Source: Geosiphon pyriformis uo1
Lineage: Eukaryota; Fungi; Glomeromycota
Assembly (NCBI GenBank): GCA_016748015.1
Contig: JAAOMT010000239.1
Span: forward strand, 547,554-611,553
Length of the DNA: 64,000 bases
Direction of reading: 5' to 3'
The notes under the pieces are model-generated. The model was given only the letters and a program-made list of their open reading frames with translations. It was not told where the DNA came from and made no database searches. Positions 38,835 through 52,995 of the stretch are shown here, one piece after another. The first letter of the stretch is position 1. The number at the start of each line of letters is the position of its first letter. Position numbers and translations under genes: made by a program.

Positions 38835-40741
38835 TGAAGATTGAGGGACAATGATGACACCGAGCCAGCAAACAACTGATCTAACCTCACCAAAATGGAA
38901 TTTACTGACACCTCCAGAGCTACAAATTTAGATTCGAGACTGCCCAACTTAGAAGTTAGGACTTTAGAACCGCTCAAGCCAAGAATCAGATTGACAGTAG
39001 CAGTGGGAAGAGGAGTATCAGAAAGACCATCAGAACCATCCAAGACCATATCAGAAGGGAAATTTGAAAACACAACCACAGACGGAACTGAAGCAAGAGG
39101 TTGAGAGTCAGATACAGTAGGAATTTCATCCAAAATAGATGCCAAAAGCACCAACTTGGCACCATTCAATCGTTTTATTATGCATGATACTTGGTCCAAC
39201 AGAAGCCCCAAAGATCGTTTCAAAGACGACAATTGCCCATCCAAAGCAGAGTCAAGAGTGAGAGTAGAAGGAGACAAACTACCAGAGCCTGAACCACTAG
39301 AGGAAGAGAGACTCGAACTCGAGCCAGTAGAAAAACCAGAAGACACAGATGCAGAAGAAATAACCTGAGTCCACAATTTACTACCAAAGGCAGCTGGGCA
39401 AGAGATAGGAACACTCTTTTTCGCGTACAACTTGGCTAGTTGGAGGCAATTCTCATCCAAAGTGACCCACTTCATAAATGGTTTCGGAGGCTTGGGAACG
39501 GAAGTAATCTCATCATCACACTCCAAAACCAAATGACCAAACTTCTCACACCTACTACACCAAACCAGGTTTAATCTAGCCCAAGAAAGTTTCACCTTAC
39601 CAAAAATAGGCTTCGTACAAAATGCAGACTCCAATGCCTCATCATTTTCAAAACAAACAACAACACAACAAACTCTATTACCAGTGTCCAACAATCAATT
39701 TATGATACAAATTTTCCTACCAGCACCTGCCAGAAGATCACCAAGATCATGAGCCATTGTTCCCACCGGCAAAGTAAACAAAAGCGCCCTATACTGATCC
39801 CTAAATGCCCATGTCTCATGATCTCCCACAGCTTTGGCCACACGCACTGAATTTTTTCCAATTAAGAATGACCACTTAGCAGCCAACTAATCTGCCTGAC
39901 TTGATTTGGCAAACTCCACCACAGCCTTCTACCACAGCTCAATGAGTTGCAATCGGATTGACACCACTTGACCAAACTCAAATACTGCAGCGATAATCAT
40001 GTCTTTAGACGTATCCATAGGAATTTCTTTGATCACCACAGCCTGATCTGAATAAAACTCTTGTTTCCTCACATTGTTGTTTACAACGATCTCTTCTTTT
40101 TCAGCCAATGACACAGCTTTCCTCATGCTCTTCTCAGATGTAAACATCAATTGGATGATCTCTTCAAATTTTGAGGGGGTAGTGGCCCCCCCCAAAACCA
40201 TTGACCTTTGAAAAAATCTTCCTGATTAATTGAGTTTTTGCTGTCACTGATTTGCCTTCAACAGCTGCAAGATTGATATCCAAGGCAAAAGATTTTTTAA
40301 CTGCCACCTCTATAGGAGTTTTGATAATTTTGGGATCAATTCAGATCTTATCTAAAGGAACCTTTTTCATAAGGGGGGCGGAAAGCACTTCACCTCTTTA
40401 TTCATCTCAAAGTCAAGAGAACCAATAAGAGAACCAAAATTCACACTAGTATTTACACGTTTAGCCCTAGAAGTGTTAACAACTGAGTTCAAGAGAGAAC
40501 CATCAAAACCACCAGACATACTGACATCTTCATCATCACCAGAAAGGCTTTCTACATCAGAGTATACACTAGCACTAGAACCAGACTTCAAAGAAATATC
40601 TTTTTCATCACCAGAGTGTTTAACATTACCAAGAGAAGCCTTTTTTTTTTGTGAAAAGGAACCACTGACAAAACCATAAAACACGCCCTTAGAAGCCTTT
40701 TTATTAGACATGCTACCACTAGAAGCAGCTTTTGAATTCAT
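38831..40741 (-). pseudogene. LINE L2 ORF1
   Basis: Knuckle CSRCEKFGHLVLEC; aligns with L1 ORF1. Confidence 0.87.
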
Positions 40742-40853
40742 GACAAAAGGGTTATTAGTTAACAAAAACTTTTTCTTCAGAAAATAACTTGTTGGGGTTT
40801 TTGGGAGTAAAAGAGAAAAAAGTTTTTTTATTGGTTAATTTTAACAATTATTA

Positions 40854-43800
40854 AGATTAAATTTATTAATTTATTATTTTTTACAACTTTTAAAATTGCA
40901 AAATCTTTTATATATTATTTAAATTTGCTTTTGTTTTTGCTGTTATAAATTTTTGTAATAATTTTTTTTAATATCTTTTTAACATAATTAAGAATATTTT
41001 TGGTATTTTTAATAAAGTTTTTAATATTAAAATAAAGGTTGCTAGTTTTTAATAATATATTAATATATATTTCAAGTTTTTTAAAATTGCTAAATATATT
41101 TCTGCTTATTGGTTAATTTTAATAATAAAAAATAATATTTAAATTTTTTTTATTAATTAAAAACAAATTATTGTTTTTTATAATATGTTAAAAACTAAGT
41201 TAATGAATTTTTTTTTAATTATACAGTTTTTAAATTTAATACTTTAATTTTTTAAGCTAAAATTTTGCTATTGCAATTTTTAAATTCAAAAAAATACTTA
41301 ACAATCTTATTTTTAAAATTAATATCTTGTACAAAAATTATATTTATTGGTTTTTTTTAAAAATCTAAAAATAAAAATATATTTTATATTATTAATAAAA
41401 GATAATATAACTATAATTTATGATTAAAATTGTTATTTTTTAAAATTTAATAACAAATATTATTTGTAATTTTAGTAAAAATTAATTTATAAATACTAAT
41501 AATATAAAAATTAAAAAAATTATAATTATAATTAAAAAAATATTTATTGTTATTAATAATTTTAATACTTAAAAAGCTTTTTTAAAAATAAAAATTATTA
41601 AACAACATTTTTTATTTTATTATAATAAAGATATAAAACATTAAAGTTTTACTTATTATATAATTTTTTATAAATAAGAATTAAAACTGTTTATCAAATA
41701 TATTTACAACTTTAACTTAAATTTATTTATATATTCAAATCATATATATAAATTAGAATGTTATATTAAAAAAATATAAATCCAATTAATATTATTAGTT
41801 ATATAATTAACAATTATATTAACTTCAAACTTATTTTCTTATTTAAAATAAATAATTAAGTAATGTTTTAAATAAAATATTATATATTATTTAAGATACA
41901 AATATTATTTATTAAAAAAATCTCTTATTAATTATAATCAAAAAACTAAAAAATAAATAAATACTATTAATAAATTTATTTGCTATAATATTATTTATAA
42001 TATTTAAATAATTTTTAATTTAAATCAACAAATTAAAATGTTTTTCTTTAATATAATTAAAAATTTGTTGCTATTTTATTTAGTAATATTTGTAAAAATT
42101 AAAAAAATTTGTATATATTTTGTTATAATACAAATTTAAAACTGCTTAATTATTAAAAAATATTTTAATTTTATTAAATAGAAAAATATACTTAAGAACC
42201 AACCAAATAGTTTATAATTTAATCAATATAAACAAAACAAAAATTCTGAATTTTTATATTAATACTTATGTTCAAACTCTTAAAATAAACTGTATTACAT
42301 ATTATTTTAAAAATATTAAAACTTTATAACAAGCTATTTGTAAAAATTCTTATTATTTGGTAATTTAAACTTAACAAATTATTTTGTTTTATTAAAAAAT
42401 TAGTTAAATCTTAAATATTATAACTAAATATAAATAGTATTAAAATTCGACTTTAATTATACAAATATTAAACAGTAATTTAAACTAATAAAATACAAAA
42501 TTTTTAAAATTTAGTTATTTTTAATATTAAAATATTTTCTAATTAAAAACTAAACTTTATTTATTAATAAATTAATAAATAAATACTATATTAAATTTTT
42601 TTAATAAGCTTGTAACTTTATAATATAAATTAGTACCAAAAATATTAGATATTAAAGTTTTATTCAATTTGTAAAAAGTTGTAAGCAAAAAATTTAACAA
42701 AATAATTTTATAATTTAAGAAAATTTTGACTAATCTCATTAAAAAATTGTTAATTAAACTGATTTTTAACTTAATTAAAAACTAAAATAGATTTTTAAAG
42801 CTTATATAATAATCTGCAAATCCAAAAAATGATATTTAAACAACTTTTTAACTATGTTTTTTATATTTAAAAAGATTATTAGAGACACAATGTTGTTTTT
42901 AGCTTGAATTTATTTAAATATTTTTAAACTATATAATAAAAAATAATACAAAGTATTAATTAAAAAATTATTAAGCAAATTGGCTTTAATTTAAAACTTT
43001 TATGGATTAATAAGTTTTAGTTATAATATATATTTTTATTAATAAAACTGAATTAAATATAATAATTAATAATTAATAATTAGATATAATATAGCAAAAA
43101 CCAGATAAGAAAATTATTTATTAAATATTATCTTTTTTAAAATTATGTTAACAAAAAACTTTATATTAAAATAAGTTTTAAATAGACTAAATTTAGAAAA
43201 ATAATTTATAAACAAAAAAATATCAAAATATTTGTACCATTTTTTTTTGATTACAACAATCAAAAAATTATTAACAGACAAAAAAATATTAATTATTTTT
43301 TTGTTAATAAAAATAACAATTGTTTTTTCTATGTTAATTAAAATATTATTAATTTTAAAAAACTTACTAGTAATATTAAGTATATATTAAGTAATTATAT
43401 AACTATTGTTTATTTAAAATATTATTTATTAAACTTTAATTATAAAATATAAAATAAGATTAAGCTTTGTCTTTTATATATTTTGTTTTTATTATAAATT
43501 TAGTGTTAATATAATATTTAAATAATTTTTTATATTTTTTAACTTTACACAAAAATAAATTATAAAATATATATTACAACAAAAAAAATCTCATTCTAAT
43601 TTAATTTATTATAAGTCTTATAATTATCTAATAGTCTAAAATTAATTATAACATATTTAATCTAATTATTATGAATATTATAAAAAATTTAATAAATTTT
43701 TTACATATTTTACTTTTTTTTAAACAGATTTGCAAATGAAATTAATCTATTAAATTATATATTTTATATATGTTTTGCAAAACTAATTATAATTTATTAT

Positions 43801-45355
43801 TCTTTTTTAAACTATTTTTAATTACAATATTTACTGTCAAAATTGGAAAAAATATAGATGTATTTTTTAAGATTAAAAATTTTTTATTTTAAAACACATT
43901 AAACTTACTGTAAATAAATAAAATATAATTTAACAATAATTTAAAAAAAATATTTTTAATTGTTTTAATAAGTATAATTAGACAAATATTAATAAAAAAT
44001 TATTAAAATTTAAGTTTTTTTTATTAAATAAAAATTGCTTTTAAAATAAGACAAAAAATTAAAATCTTTAATAACAAATTAATAACTCTAATAATAAATC
44101 AATAATATATTTATTTATATATTTTTATAGATTATTAGTAGTATTAAAAAGATTTGTTATTTTACTATTTAAAAAATTCTTAATAATACTTATAAATTTA
44201 TTTAAAGTAATTTAATTTATAATTTTATTAAATATATTATTAATAATATAGTTAAATAAAACATAATATATATACCAAGAAATAAATATTATATTAAATA
44301 AAATATATGCTTTGGCTTAATATTTTATAATTAAATTTACAGAAAACTTGATACTTATAAAATTTAAGACAAGTTTATTATTAATTACCAAATAATTAAG
44401 AATTATTTTATAAAAACTATTTCAGTATATTATAAATCATGTAGTTTTTGTTATTAACAAAAATTTTTATATATTTTTTAATAATAGCAGTAATTTTTTT
44501 ACATTTAATCTTATAAAATTTTAAATATTTTAACTGTTAATATTTTTTTAGTTTTACTTAATATTTGTTAAATAACAAAAAACTTAATAATATTATACAT
44601 TAAATTAGAGACAATAAAAGCTTTAACAGAATTTTATTTGGTCTAAGTAAACATAAAATACTTAAAAATACTATTAAAACACAAAGTAAAAAACTTAAAA
44701 AACTTTAAAACTAACAGTTTTAGATTATAAAATATAATAAATAAGAATTTTTTATCACTAATAATTTATTAAACTAAGACTTAAAAAATGTTTTTTTTAT
44801 AGCCAAAAACACAATATTTTTGAAATAATACTACATAAAATTCAAAATTTTGGCTGATTTTATTATAAATTTTTTTTTAAAACTAATTTAGCATAAAACA
44901 ATAATGTTTTTTTAAATTTATTCTACTTAAAATCATTAGTTTTCTTAAAGTTAAACTTTTAATAATTCTTTTAAGCTTGTTTATACAAAACAAAAAATCA
45001 AATATTTAAGAAACTTTTTAAATTAACTAAAATAGATACTGTTTTATAATCTAATAAAAAATAATTTTGTATTGTTAAAATATTATTTACTATTATAGTA
45101 TTAGAAAAAAAACACCAAAATAAAATTAATTAATTTTTTTATATTATATAAATTGTTTTAAATTATTATTTTAACAAAAAAACTATTATTAAAAAATTGT
45201 TCAAATTTCAATATAGAAATTTTTTAAAACTTGTATTGTATTTAGTACTATTTTTATTAAAATTACTACTTAAAGCAATAAAAAATACATTGACAATAAG
45301 TAAATTTATTATATTAATTTAAATTAAATAAACACCAAATAAAATTTTATTATAT
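40854..45355. other. Extremely AT-rich desert, probably hypermutated repeat DNA
   Basis: No ORF of 60 aa or more; CpG almost absent. Origin inferred. Confidence 0.6.
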
Positions 45356-45997
45356 TGTTACAGTTGAAACCCATAATTTTTATTAGTTATCACATGTATT
45401 AGTTACTGATGTCATATAATTAGCCACTCTATTTTTAGATAGTAATCAATGACCTGACTGTTGACCTGGTCATTGACCACTTTCAATAGCTATATAAGCA
45501 ATAAGTCTCTTAGCTGTAGAAAATCATCTTTTAGACAAGAATTAAATAAATAAAAATAACAACTTTTATCTCAATCACTCTCTTATCGCTAATTTTCCTT
45601 TCCCTACCTTCAAGTATCCGAACATCTTAGGATAAAAGATTACTTGTTGGCCTTTTCCTGATGTATATAATTATAGCATTAGAAGATTATTTGAATAAAC
45701 GTGACTGAAAAACACAAGTTGATACCTGATATTGAATTCTAAAAGCGCCAATGTGAGGCATAGAATTATACCAGTGGTGATCAATTGTTGATAGTACGAA
45801 CTATCTCTCTACCTTTAGATTCTCCAGTTACCTTTGAAAAAAATAGCGACTGAGATATTTTATGAGACTGATCTCGCACATTGAATTCATACTCATTCAA
45901 TTTACTCTTTGAAGTTGAATCCTCTTTGATTATTTCCATCACCCTACAATCCTGTTCTCCCTTGCTATCTGTTAGCTTGTTACTCCAACCTGTAACA
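45356..45997 (+). repeat. 5' LTR of F (642 bp)
   Basis: Direct repeat of 52338-52991. Confidence 0.94.
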
Positions 45998-46003
45998 TAA
46001 AAG

Positions 46004-46020
46004 TGGTGCTTCCTGTGAGG
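46004..46020 (+). promoter_or_regulatory. Primer binding site of F (TGGTGCTTCCTGTGAGG)
   Basis: Same type as the C and D PBS; 6 nt after the LTR. Confidence 0.82.
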
Positions 46021-46069
46021 TTGTCAAAATTCACTTATTCCTTTATTGTATGAGTGATTACTCATATCT

Positions 46070-47609
46070 GCCATAGCAATCAGAAGAACACTTTACAACA
46101 CACAACAGAAATGACCTAGATTTCATTAAACTTAATTCTCTGCCCTCCTGCTTGATCTGCTTCCCCCTTGAAAAACAATCCAGTAGACAATTCTAAGACT
46201 TTTAGAACTGGTTCCTGAATGAGCATTCAGCTGAAACCTACACAGCTTATACAATCTATTACTTTGACCAAGCTTATTTTGAAAGTGACTTTGAAGAAAA
46301 AAACAACAGTATCAATCAGCTCTTATATTCTGCAACCTTTAAACAACAGCCCCCTGATTTCGAATATCTGAATTATTAAATCTACATTTGGATTGCTGCC
46401 CATCAAGCAACTGAAACTCCCTTTGAAACAGAAGAAGAAAGCTACCAAACTGCCCCTATTTTTGATCTTTTATCAAGCAAATCAGACTCATCTACACAAA
46501 CAGTTACCCCTGAACCAATGGCTAATGACCCCATGCAAGCAAACATTCTGGCCGCCCTCCAAGGTATATAAACTGCTCTAGGAAGAAAAAACAATACCCC
46601 ACTACCACTATTTAGAGGTAATGCACAAGATCCAATTGAATGGTTGGATGATTTTGAGAAAGCTGCCACAGCCAACCAGTATGATGAAGAATACAAGTTT
46701 CAAATTGTTGGTGGCTACTTCCAAGGCTCTCCTACTACCTGGTTCTCACAAGAAACAAATACCAATGCTCAACACAAAATAATCAGATAGACACCAATCA
46801 ATGCTGGAGAAGAAAATACCTCTTTTACTATCCGATTTAAGGCCAAGTTCAGAACTCCAATATTAATATCCAAATGGCACATGGAATTGGAAAGAAGAAC
46901 CCAAGGTCTTGGAGAAGTAGTGACTGAATATGCCAAAGCTATTAGAAAGCTAATCAAATGTGTAGACTCTGAAAGAAACTAGACAGAAGAACAAAAGATT
47001 TATTCCTTCACAAAAGGATTGAGAACCGATTTATCTTATGCTCTTTGGCCTCTCTTGGCCCTAAAAGACAACCCTACAATAGACATGGCCATTGAACTTG
47101 CCCAATGAATTGAAGACAACCAAAGAATACATTTGGGATCTACACTTCCAGTTTTTGCTCCTGCTCCTGTCATGGCTTCTGCCTCTCAAATGGCTGCTGC
47201 TTTTTTTGCTGCCCAAACTCAAGATCCAAATGAACTATTAATTGATAGACTTACAGCCAATCTTGCCCGGTTATTAGAACCTTTGGCACAAGCAGTCAGA
47301 GATAACCAGCAACCACCAAGACCTAGATATGAACCTCATTTTAACCAGCTCCAGCAATCTCCCTATCAAAGACAGCAAAATCGTGGCCCACCTGTGTGCT
47401 ATTGTTGTGGATTAACTGAATATTATTCAAGAGATTGTAACAATCCTCCACTGCCTCTTCTAGCTCCCAAAAACAATGACAACCAAAACAACAGACCCAA
47501 CAACAACAACAACAATGTCCCCAATCAAAGACCCAATCATGCCAACATCAATTTCTTTGGAGAGGATCTCTTAGTTGAAGCCACTGTTTATTAGCCTTTA
47601 AACTGGTAG
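46070..47609 (+). pseudogene. Element F gag (start uncertain)
   Basis: QDPIEWLDDFEKAA capsid-like segment; degenerate knuckle CYCCGLTEYYSRDC. Confidence 0.8.
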
Positions 47610-50290
47610 GTGCACCTCCAAAGGGTGAGAGTACAAGCCAACCAGAAGAAAACTCCTTTTACACTTTTAACTTAACTGATGATGACCATGACATGGATAA
47701 ACTAGCAATTAACACCTCAGAACCAACCAGAAAGAAGAAGAAAGCCAAGGTTGATTTCGTTCTAGACCCCAACAAAGCCTTAACTTCTGCTGCTAATAAC
47801 AATAAGCCACCAAAGGCTAAAGTCTTTAAGAATCCCCCAAAGTTGGAACCCTCAGAAATTGTACAAAAATCTGGATCCTATTCTGTTGTCAAAGATTTCA
47901 TGGAAACTCCAGCACATATTACCTTTGGCCAGTTAATGACCCACCCACAGTTCAGAAAGAATCTTCGCAAATCCTTGATCTCAAAGAAGAAGACACCAAA
48001 AACCAACAAGTGCCCTCGCCAAGCTGGACTTGCTGACAACAGCAATGTTACCCCTCTGATTTGTAAAGCCCAAGTGGCTGGATACTTCATTGACTTAATT
48101 CTAAACAGTGGATCATCTGTTAGTGTTATTGCCAAACACTTCTTGGAAGCAATTGGTAGAAAGATTGATGAACCTTCCACCAAACCAATGACTAACGTAC
48201 ATAGTGACAAAAAAAAAGGACTGGGCATTGCCAAAGCTGTTCCTGTCCACATCAATGGAATCAGCATTGAAACTGACATGGAAGTTTTTGAAGCCAAGGA
48301 ATACACCATCATTGTTGGCAATGAATGGCTCAAGAAAGCAAAAGCTTTGCTTGATTATGAACTTTGTGAATTAACCATCAGATGTGGTGAGAAACTTATT
48401 GTGGTTAAGTGTTGCCATTGGAAAACTCCCCCAGTATCCAAACAAAACCAAGAAGAAGAACAATCAGATAAATCAGATGATGAAGAGAGCGATGAAGAAG
48501 AAGAACAAAAAGAACAAGAAGAAACTGCTAAACTCGCCTATACCACCTTTATCAGCAATGGCAAACCACTGGACAATATTAAAGCAGACAAAGAAAGAAT
48601 CATTGTAAATGGCAAGCTGATCTGCTGGCCTTATTATAATATTCTTAGAAGAACCTTTAAAAGAAAACCTGGCAAGAAAGCCAAATACAGTTTTTGGTAG
48701 CATGGTCTTTGTGCCCGGTATTAGTGCAACAAACTCTTGTATTCTCCAAACGATGAATGCAAATCATGTCTGATCTATTACAGAGATTGGGAACCAATCA
48801 GTTTGATACCCAGAGAAGAATTGAAAAAAGTACAGAAGTCCTTTGAGAATGAACCACCTGAGATCCAATCACTGATTGTAGAACAAAAAAAACCCTTCCC
48901 AGAAGAAAGAAAAATAGACATTGAAAATTTGCTGGCTAGAAATAGCCCAGTTATCTCCAAAGAAGGTAATACCTCTGGACGTACCCATGTGATACAACAC
49001 ACCATCACCACCAGAGAAACTTGACCCATCTATTTGAAGCCTTATCAATCCAATCAGCACAATGATAAGTTTATCAAGAAAGAGATAAACTAAATGAAAG
49101 AACTTGGATTCATACAAAAAACCAAGAGTGAATAGGCTTTTCCAGTTGTAGTGGTATTCAAGAAAAGTGAAACACTACACTTCTGTGTTGACTATTGCCA
49201 ATTAAATGCCATCACTGAAAGAGACATGTATCCACTTCCCAAGATTGATGCAATGTTAAACCAATTCAAAGATGCTGCTTTCTTTTCAACTATTAACTTA
49301 ACTGCTAAATTCTGGCAAGTAGAGATGGATCCAGAAAGCAGAAAAAAAACTGCCTTCATCACCAAGTATGGCACCTATGAATTCACAGTCATGCTTTTTG
49401 GTCTCACCAATGCTCCTCCCACTTTTCAATGCTTAATAAATAAAGTATTTGAATCAGTTAAGGAAAACTTTGTTCTAGTCTATTTGGATAACATAATGGT
49501 ATACTCAAAAACCTGGGATGAACACCTAAAACATTTGCAAAAGGTTTTTGACCTCCTCAAAAATGCTGGCCTCAAGATCAATCCAATCAAATTTTTTTTT
49601 GAAAAACAATCCACCCAGTGCCTTGGTCATCTTATCACAAAAGATGGAATCTTTCCTGACCCAGCCAAAGTTGAAAAAGTCCAAAACATCAAACAACCAA
49701 TGAACATTCATGAACTATGCTCTTTTTTTGGTTTGGCCTCTTATTATCGCAAATTTGTTAAGGATTTCTTCAAAATCGCCTTTCCCCTCAATCAGCTATT
49801 CAGGAAAAATGTCAATTACCATTGGGGAACACATCAGCAAAAAGCCTTTGAAACTTTAAAAAAAAAACTGGTTACAGAACTTATTCTCAAGCAACCTGAT
49901 CTAAATTGACTCTTTATCCTCCACACTGATGCATCTGGTTTTGAACTTAGTGCTGTTCTCTCCCAGAAAGATGAAAATGGCAAAGAACATGCTATAGCCT
50001 ATGTCAGTAGAACTCTTTTCCCAGCAGAACAGAACTATTCAGTTACTGAACAAGAATGCTTAGTAGTAGTATGGTCCATCAGTTACTGGAGTAAGTATCT
50101 TCTTGGTATGAAGTTTTTGGTGGTAACAGATTACCAAGCTTTGGTTTGGCTGCACAACAAAAAGAGGCTAGAACATAAATGAATAACTTGCTGAATACTC
50201 CACTTGGATGAATTTGACTATGATATTCAATATCACAAAAGAGCTAATCATCAAAACGCCAATGCTCTCTCCAGACTTACCATCCAGTAA
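47597..50290 (+). pseudogene. Element F pol (PR-acidic/Cys segment-RT-RNase H), in the -1 frame relative to gag
   Basis: Motifs LILNSGS, FCVDY, YLDN, HTDAS, EQECL, NANALSR. Confidence 0.9.
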
Positions 50291-50351
50291 CAGAACAACT
50301 CTCTAAAACCAAACCAACTTAATTATTAGCAATTCCCCTTTTTTGACAAAC

Positions 50352-51610
50352 ATGATAATAGACTTGGACAACTACTTTGCCTTAATAGAATTTTTGAGTA
50401 AAGGACAATACCCACCAAAATATACACAACAACAAAGAGAACATTTGTGCAAACAATCAAATTTCTATTTGATTCACCAGAACCAACTTTATAAAAGAAA
50501 TAAAAAAGATCCTGACTGCTCTCAGAGAATCATCAGATTTGAAAAAGAGAAATTGTGATCTACAATATACACACTAATCCATTAGTTGGACACTTTGGAA
50601 AAACAAAAACAATTCAGAAAACTCTAGCTCACTATTATTGGCTTACCTTGGGAAAAGACATTGCTGAATACATCAAAACCTGTAATATCTGCCAAAGAAG
50701 AGGAAAACCCAATCGCAAAGAAGATATCCATCCAATCTCTGTTGGTCAACCTTTTAACAGAATTGGTATAGATGTTGTTGGACTTTTAACAATAACTCCT
50801 GATGGCAACAGATATATTATCACAGCTACCGACTATCTTATAAAGTGAGTAGAAGCAAGAGTCACTCCAGACCAAACAGCAGTCTCAATAGCCAATTTCA
50901 TTTATGAAGATATTATTTGTCACTATGGCTGCCCCAAAGAACTTTTATCTGACAGAGGAAGAGCTTTTCTCAGTACACTTGTTGAAAAACTTTGCAGAAA
51001 AATGGAAATATGTCACAAACTTTCCTCTTCTTATTACCCCCAAACAAATGGCCTAGTAGAACGTTTTAATAGAACACTATGTAAAACCCTAGCCAAAACC
51101 AGCGAAAAAACAAACTTATGGGACAAAGTACTGCCTTTAGCTTTGTTTGCTTATAGAACTGTAAATTATAACATAACAAGTTATGAACCCTTTTATCTAT
51201 TCTATGGACGAATGACAACTCTACTAATAAAAACTGACATTGAGACAATACCCTTTGAAGAAATAACAATAGGGAATTACAAAAACATTTTGCAAAGAAG
51301 ACTTGGTACCATTCTTGACTCATTAGTAGAAGCACGGATAATTGTCTTTAAAAAGATAAAACAATTTCAAGAGAAGCTTAAGAAAAAAAAAACATATAAA
51401 ACACTTTTCTTAAGTGTTGGTGACTTAGTTTTAGAATACTGTTTAGACAAAGACAATGTCTATGGTGATAAATTCTCTAGCTGGTGGAAAGGACCCTTTA
51501 TAGTCAACAAAGTTTTGAACAATGATTCTTATATCTTACAAGATCAATATGGAACAATCTTTAATGATTGCCCTGTTCATGACACACAACTCAAGAAATA
51601 TCACAAATGA
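50352..51610 (+). pseudogene. Element F integrase (separate ORF)
   Basis: Motifs GHFG...CNICQ, GIDVVG, PQTNGLVERFN. Confidence 0.9.
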
Positions 51611-51615
51611 CCTGA

Positions 51616-52368
51616 TTGGTTACCTGTTGTGGTAATACCAACCCAAATAATCAACAAAAATCAGATATAAATAAATGCACCATTCCTAAAACAGAGGTAT
51701 TTTCAATCAACATGAACAATTATTTTTTGGATCAAAACATTCAAAACACTTTCTATACTCTCCATGAGTACTGGATCAAAAATTATCCAAATGCTATTCT
51801 GACCATTGGAAAACAAACTACCATAACTGATAACAGTGGAATACATACTGTTATTAGACCAAAGAAAACCACTACCAAAAGAGAAAGAATTGGTAGCAAA
51901 ATGGATAAGTATTTGCTGGAAAGCATAACAGCAGCAATACTTACACCTTCCATGACAATTGGAAAAACAATTAAGGAAATTTTGCCTATAGACAAAAACT
52001 TGTCATATGGAAGGCAACTAAAACTCTATGGTTGTCTTGGTGAAATCATAGAAGAAATGAAGCTTATGAAGAAAACAACTTCAGAGATACAAGTGGAAAT
52101 TTTGGGCATTATACGTTTAGATGTCTCAAGAGTTTTGACCATTGCAAAAAGAGCCAAAACTCTTATACAAAGATTTGGTCTCTTGGATACAAAGCTTATT
52201 TTACCTCAAGTACTATATACTCTATTCACAAAAGACTTTAACAAACTAGTTAGTTTTGAGTTAAACAAAACCCTTCAATTAGAATACCTTATAAATAGCT
52301 TAATTTTGCCAGAGCTCAATTTCTTTGGAGAGGATGATATTACTGTTGAAACCCATAATTTTTATTAG
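51616..52368 (+). CDS. Element F ORF3 (unknown protein; open 250-codon frame running into the 3' LTR)
   Basis: Same position as ORF3 of B, C and E; weak LY..LG / A.RA..L / F.KL pattern. Confidence 0.65.
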   Translation: MVTCCGNTNPNNQQKSDINKCTIPKTEVFSINMNNYFLDQNIQNTFYTLHEYWIKNYPNAILTIGKQTTITDNSGIHTVIRPKKTTTKRERIGSKMDKYLLESITAAILTPSMTIGKTIKEILPIDKNLSYGRQLKLYGCLGEIIEEMKLMKKTTSEIQVEILGIIRLDVSRVLTIAKRAKTLIQRFGLLDTKLILPQVLYTLFTKDFNKLVSFELNKTLQLEYLINSLILPELNFFGEDDITVETHNFY

Positions 52369-52991
52369 TTATCACATGTATTAGTCACTGATGTCATATA
52401 ATTAGCCACTCTATTTTTAGATAGTGATCAATAACCTGACCATTGACCTGATCATTGACCTGATTATTGACCACTTTTAATAGCTATATAAGCAATAAGT
52501 CTCTTAACTGTAAAAAATCATCTTTCAGACAAGAATCAAATAAATAAAAATAACAACTTTCATCTCAATCACTCTCTTATTGCTAATTTCCCTTTTCCTA
52601 CCTTCAAGTATCCGAATATTTTAAGATAAAAGATTACTTGTTGGCCTTTTCCTAACGTATATAATTATAGCATTTGAAGATTATTTGAATAAATGTGACT
52701 GAAAAGCACAAGTTGATATCTGATATTAAATTCTAAGAGTACCGATGTGAGGCATAGAATTATACCAGTGGTGATTAATTGTTGACAGTATGGACTATTC
52801 TTCTACCTTCAGATTCCCCAGTTACCTTTGAAAAAAATAGTGACTGAGATATTTTATGAGATTGATCTCGCACATTAAATCCATACTCATTCAATTCACT
52901 CTTTGAAGTTGAATCTCCTTTGATTATTTCCATCACCCTACAATCCTGTTCTCTCTTGCTATCTGTTAGCTTGTTACTCCAATCCGTAACA
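52338..52991 (+). repeat. 3' LTR of F (654 bp; one extra 12-bp unit; 5' TG mutated to TA)
   Basis: Direct repeat of 45356-45997. Confidence 0.93.
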
Positions 52992-52995
52992 ATAT

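Larger units (their letters stand above)
25294..40842 (-). mobile_element. Full-length LINE L2 (about 6.8 kb: ORF1 and APE-RT-RNase H-CCHC ORF2), split by element E; candidate TSD AACAATTATTA
   Basis: ORF2 reads LSG|FFDSLFQ across the E insertion. AACAATTATTA at 25283-25293 and 40843-40853. Short (TAA)n-like tail. Ends are less certain than the body. Confidence 0.88.
45356..52991 (+). mobile_element. Full-length Ty3/Gypsy element F (no dUTPase); 4-bp TSD ATAT
   Basis: LTRs 45356-45997 and 52338-52991; ATAT at 45352-45355 and 52992-52995. Confidence 0.95.

Noticed and set aside
40854-45355. Possible mitochondrial or endosymbiont insertion, or centromere
   Set aside because: No ORFs or RNA genes are recognisable. 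Decayed-repeat origin is better supported by the recoverable LTRs in the second desert. Centromere status cannot be judged from sequence.
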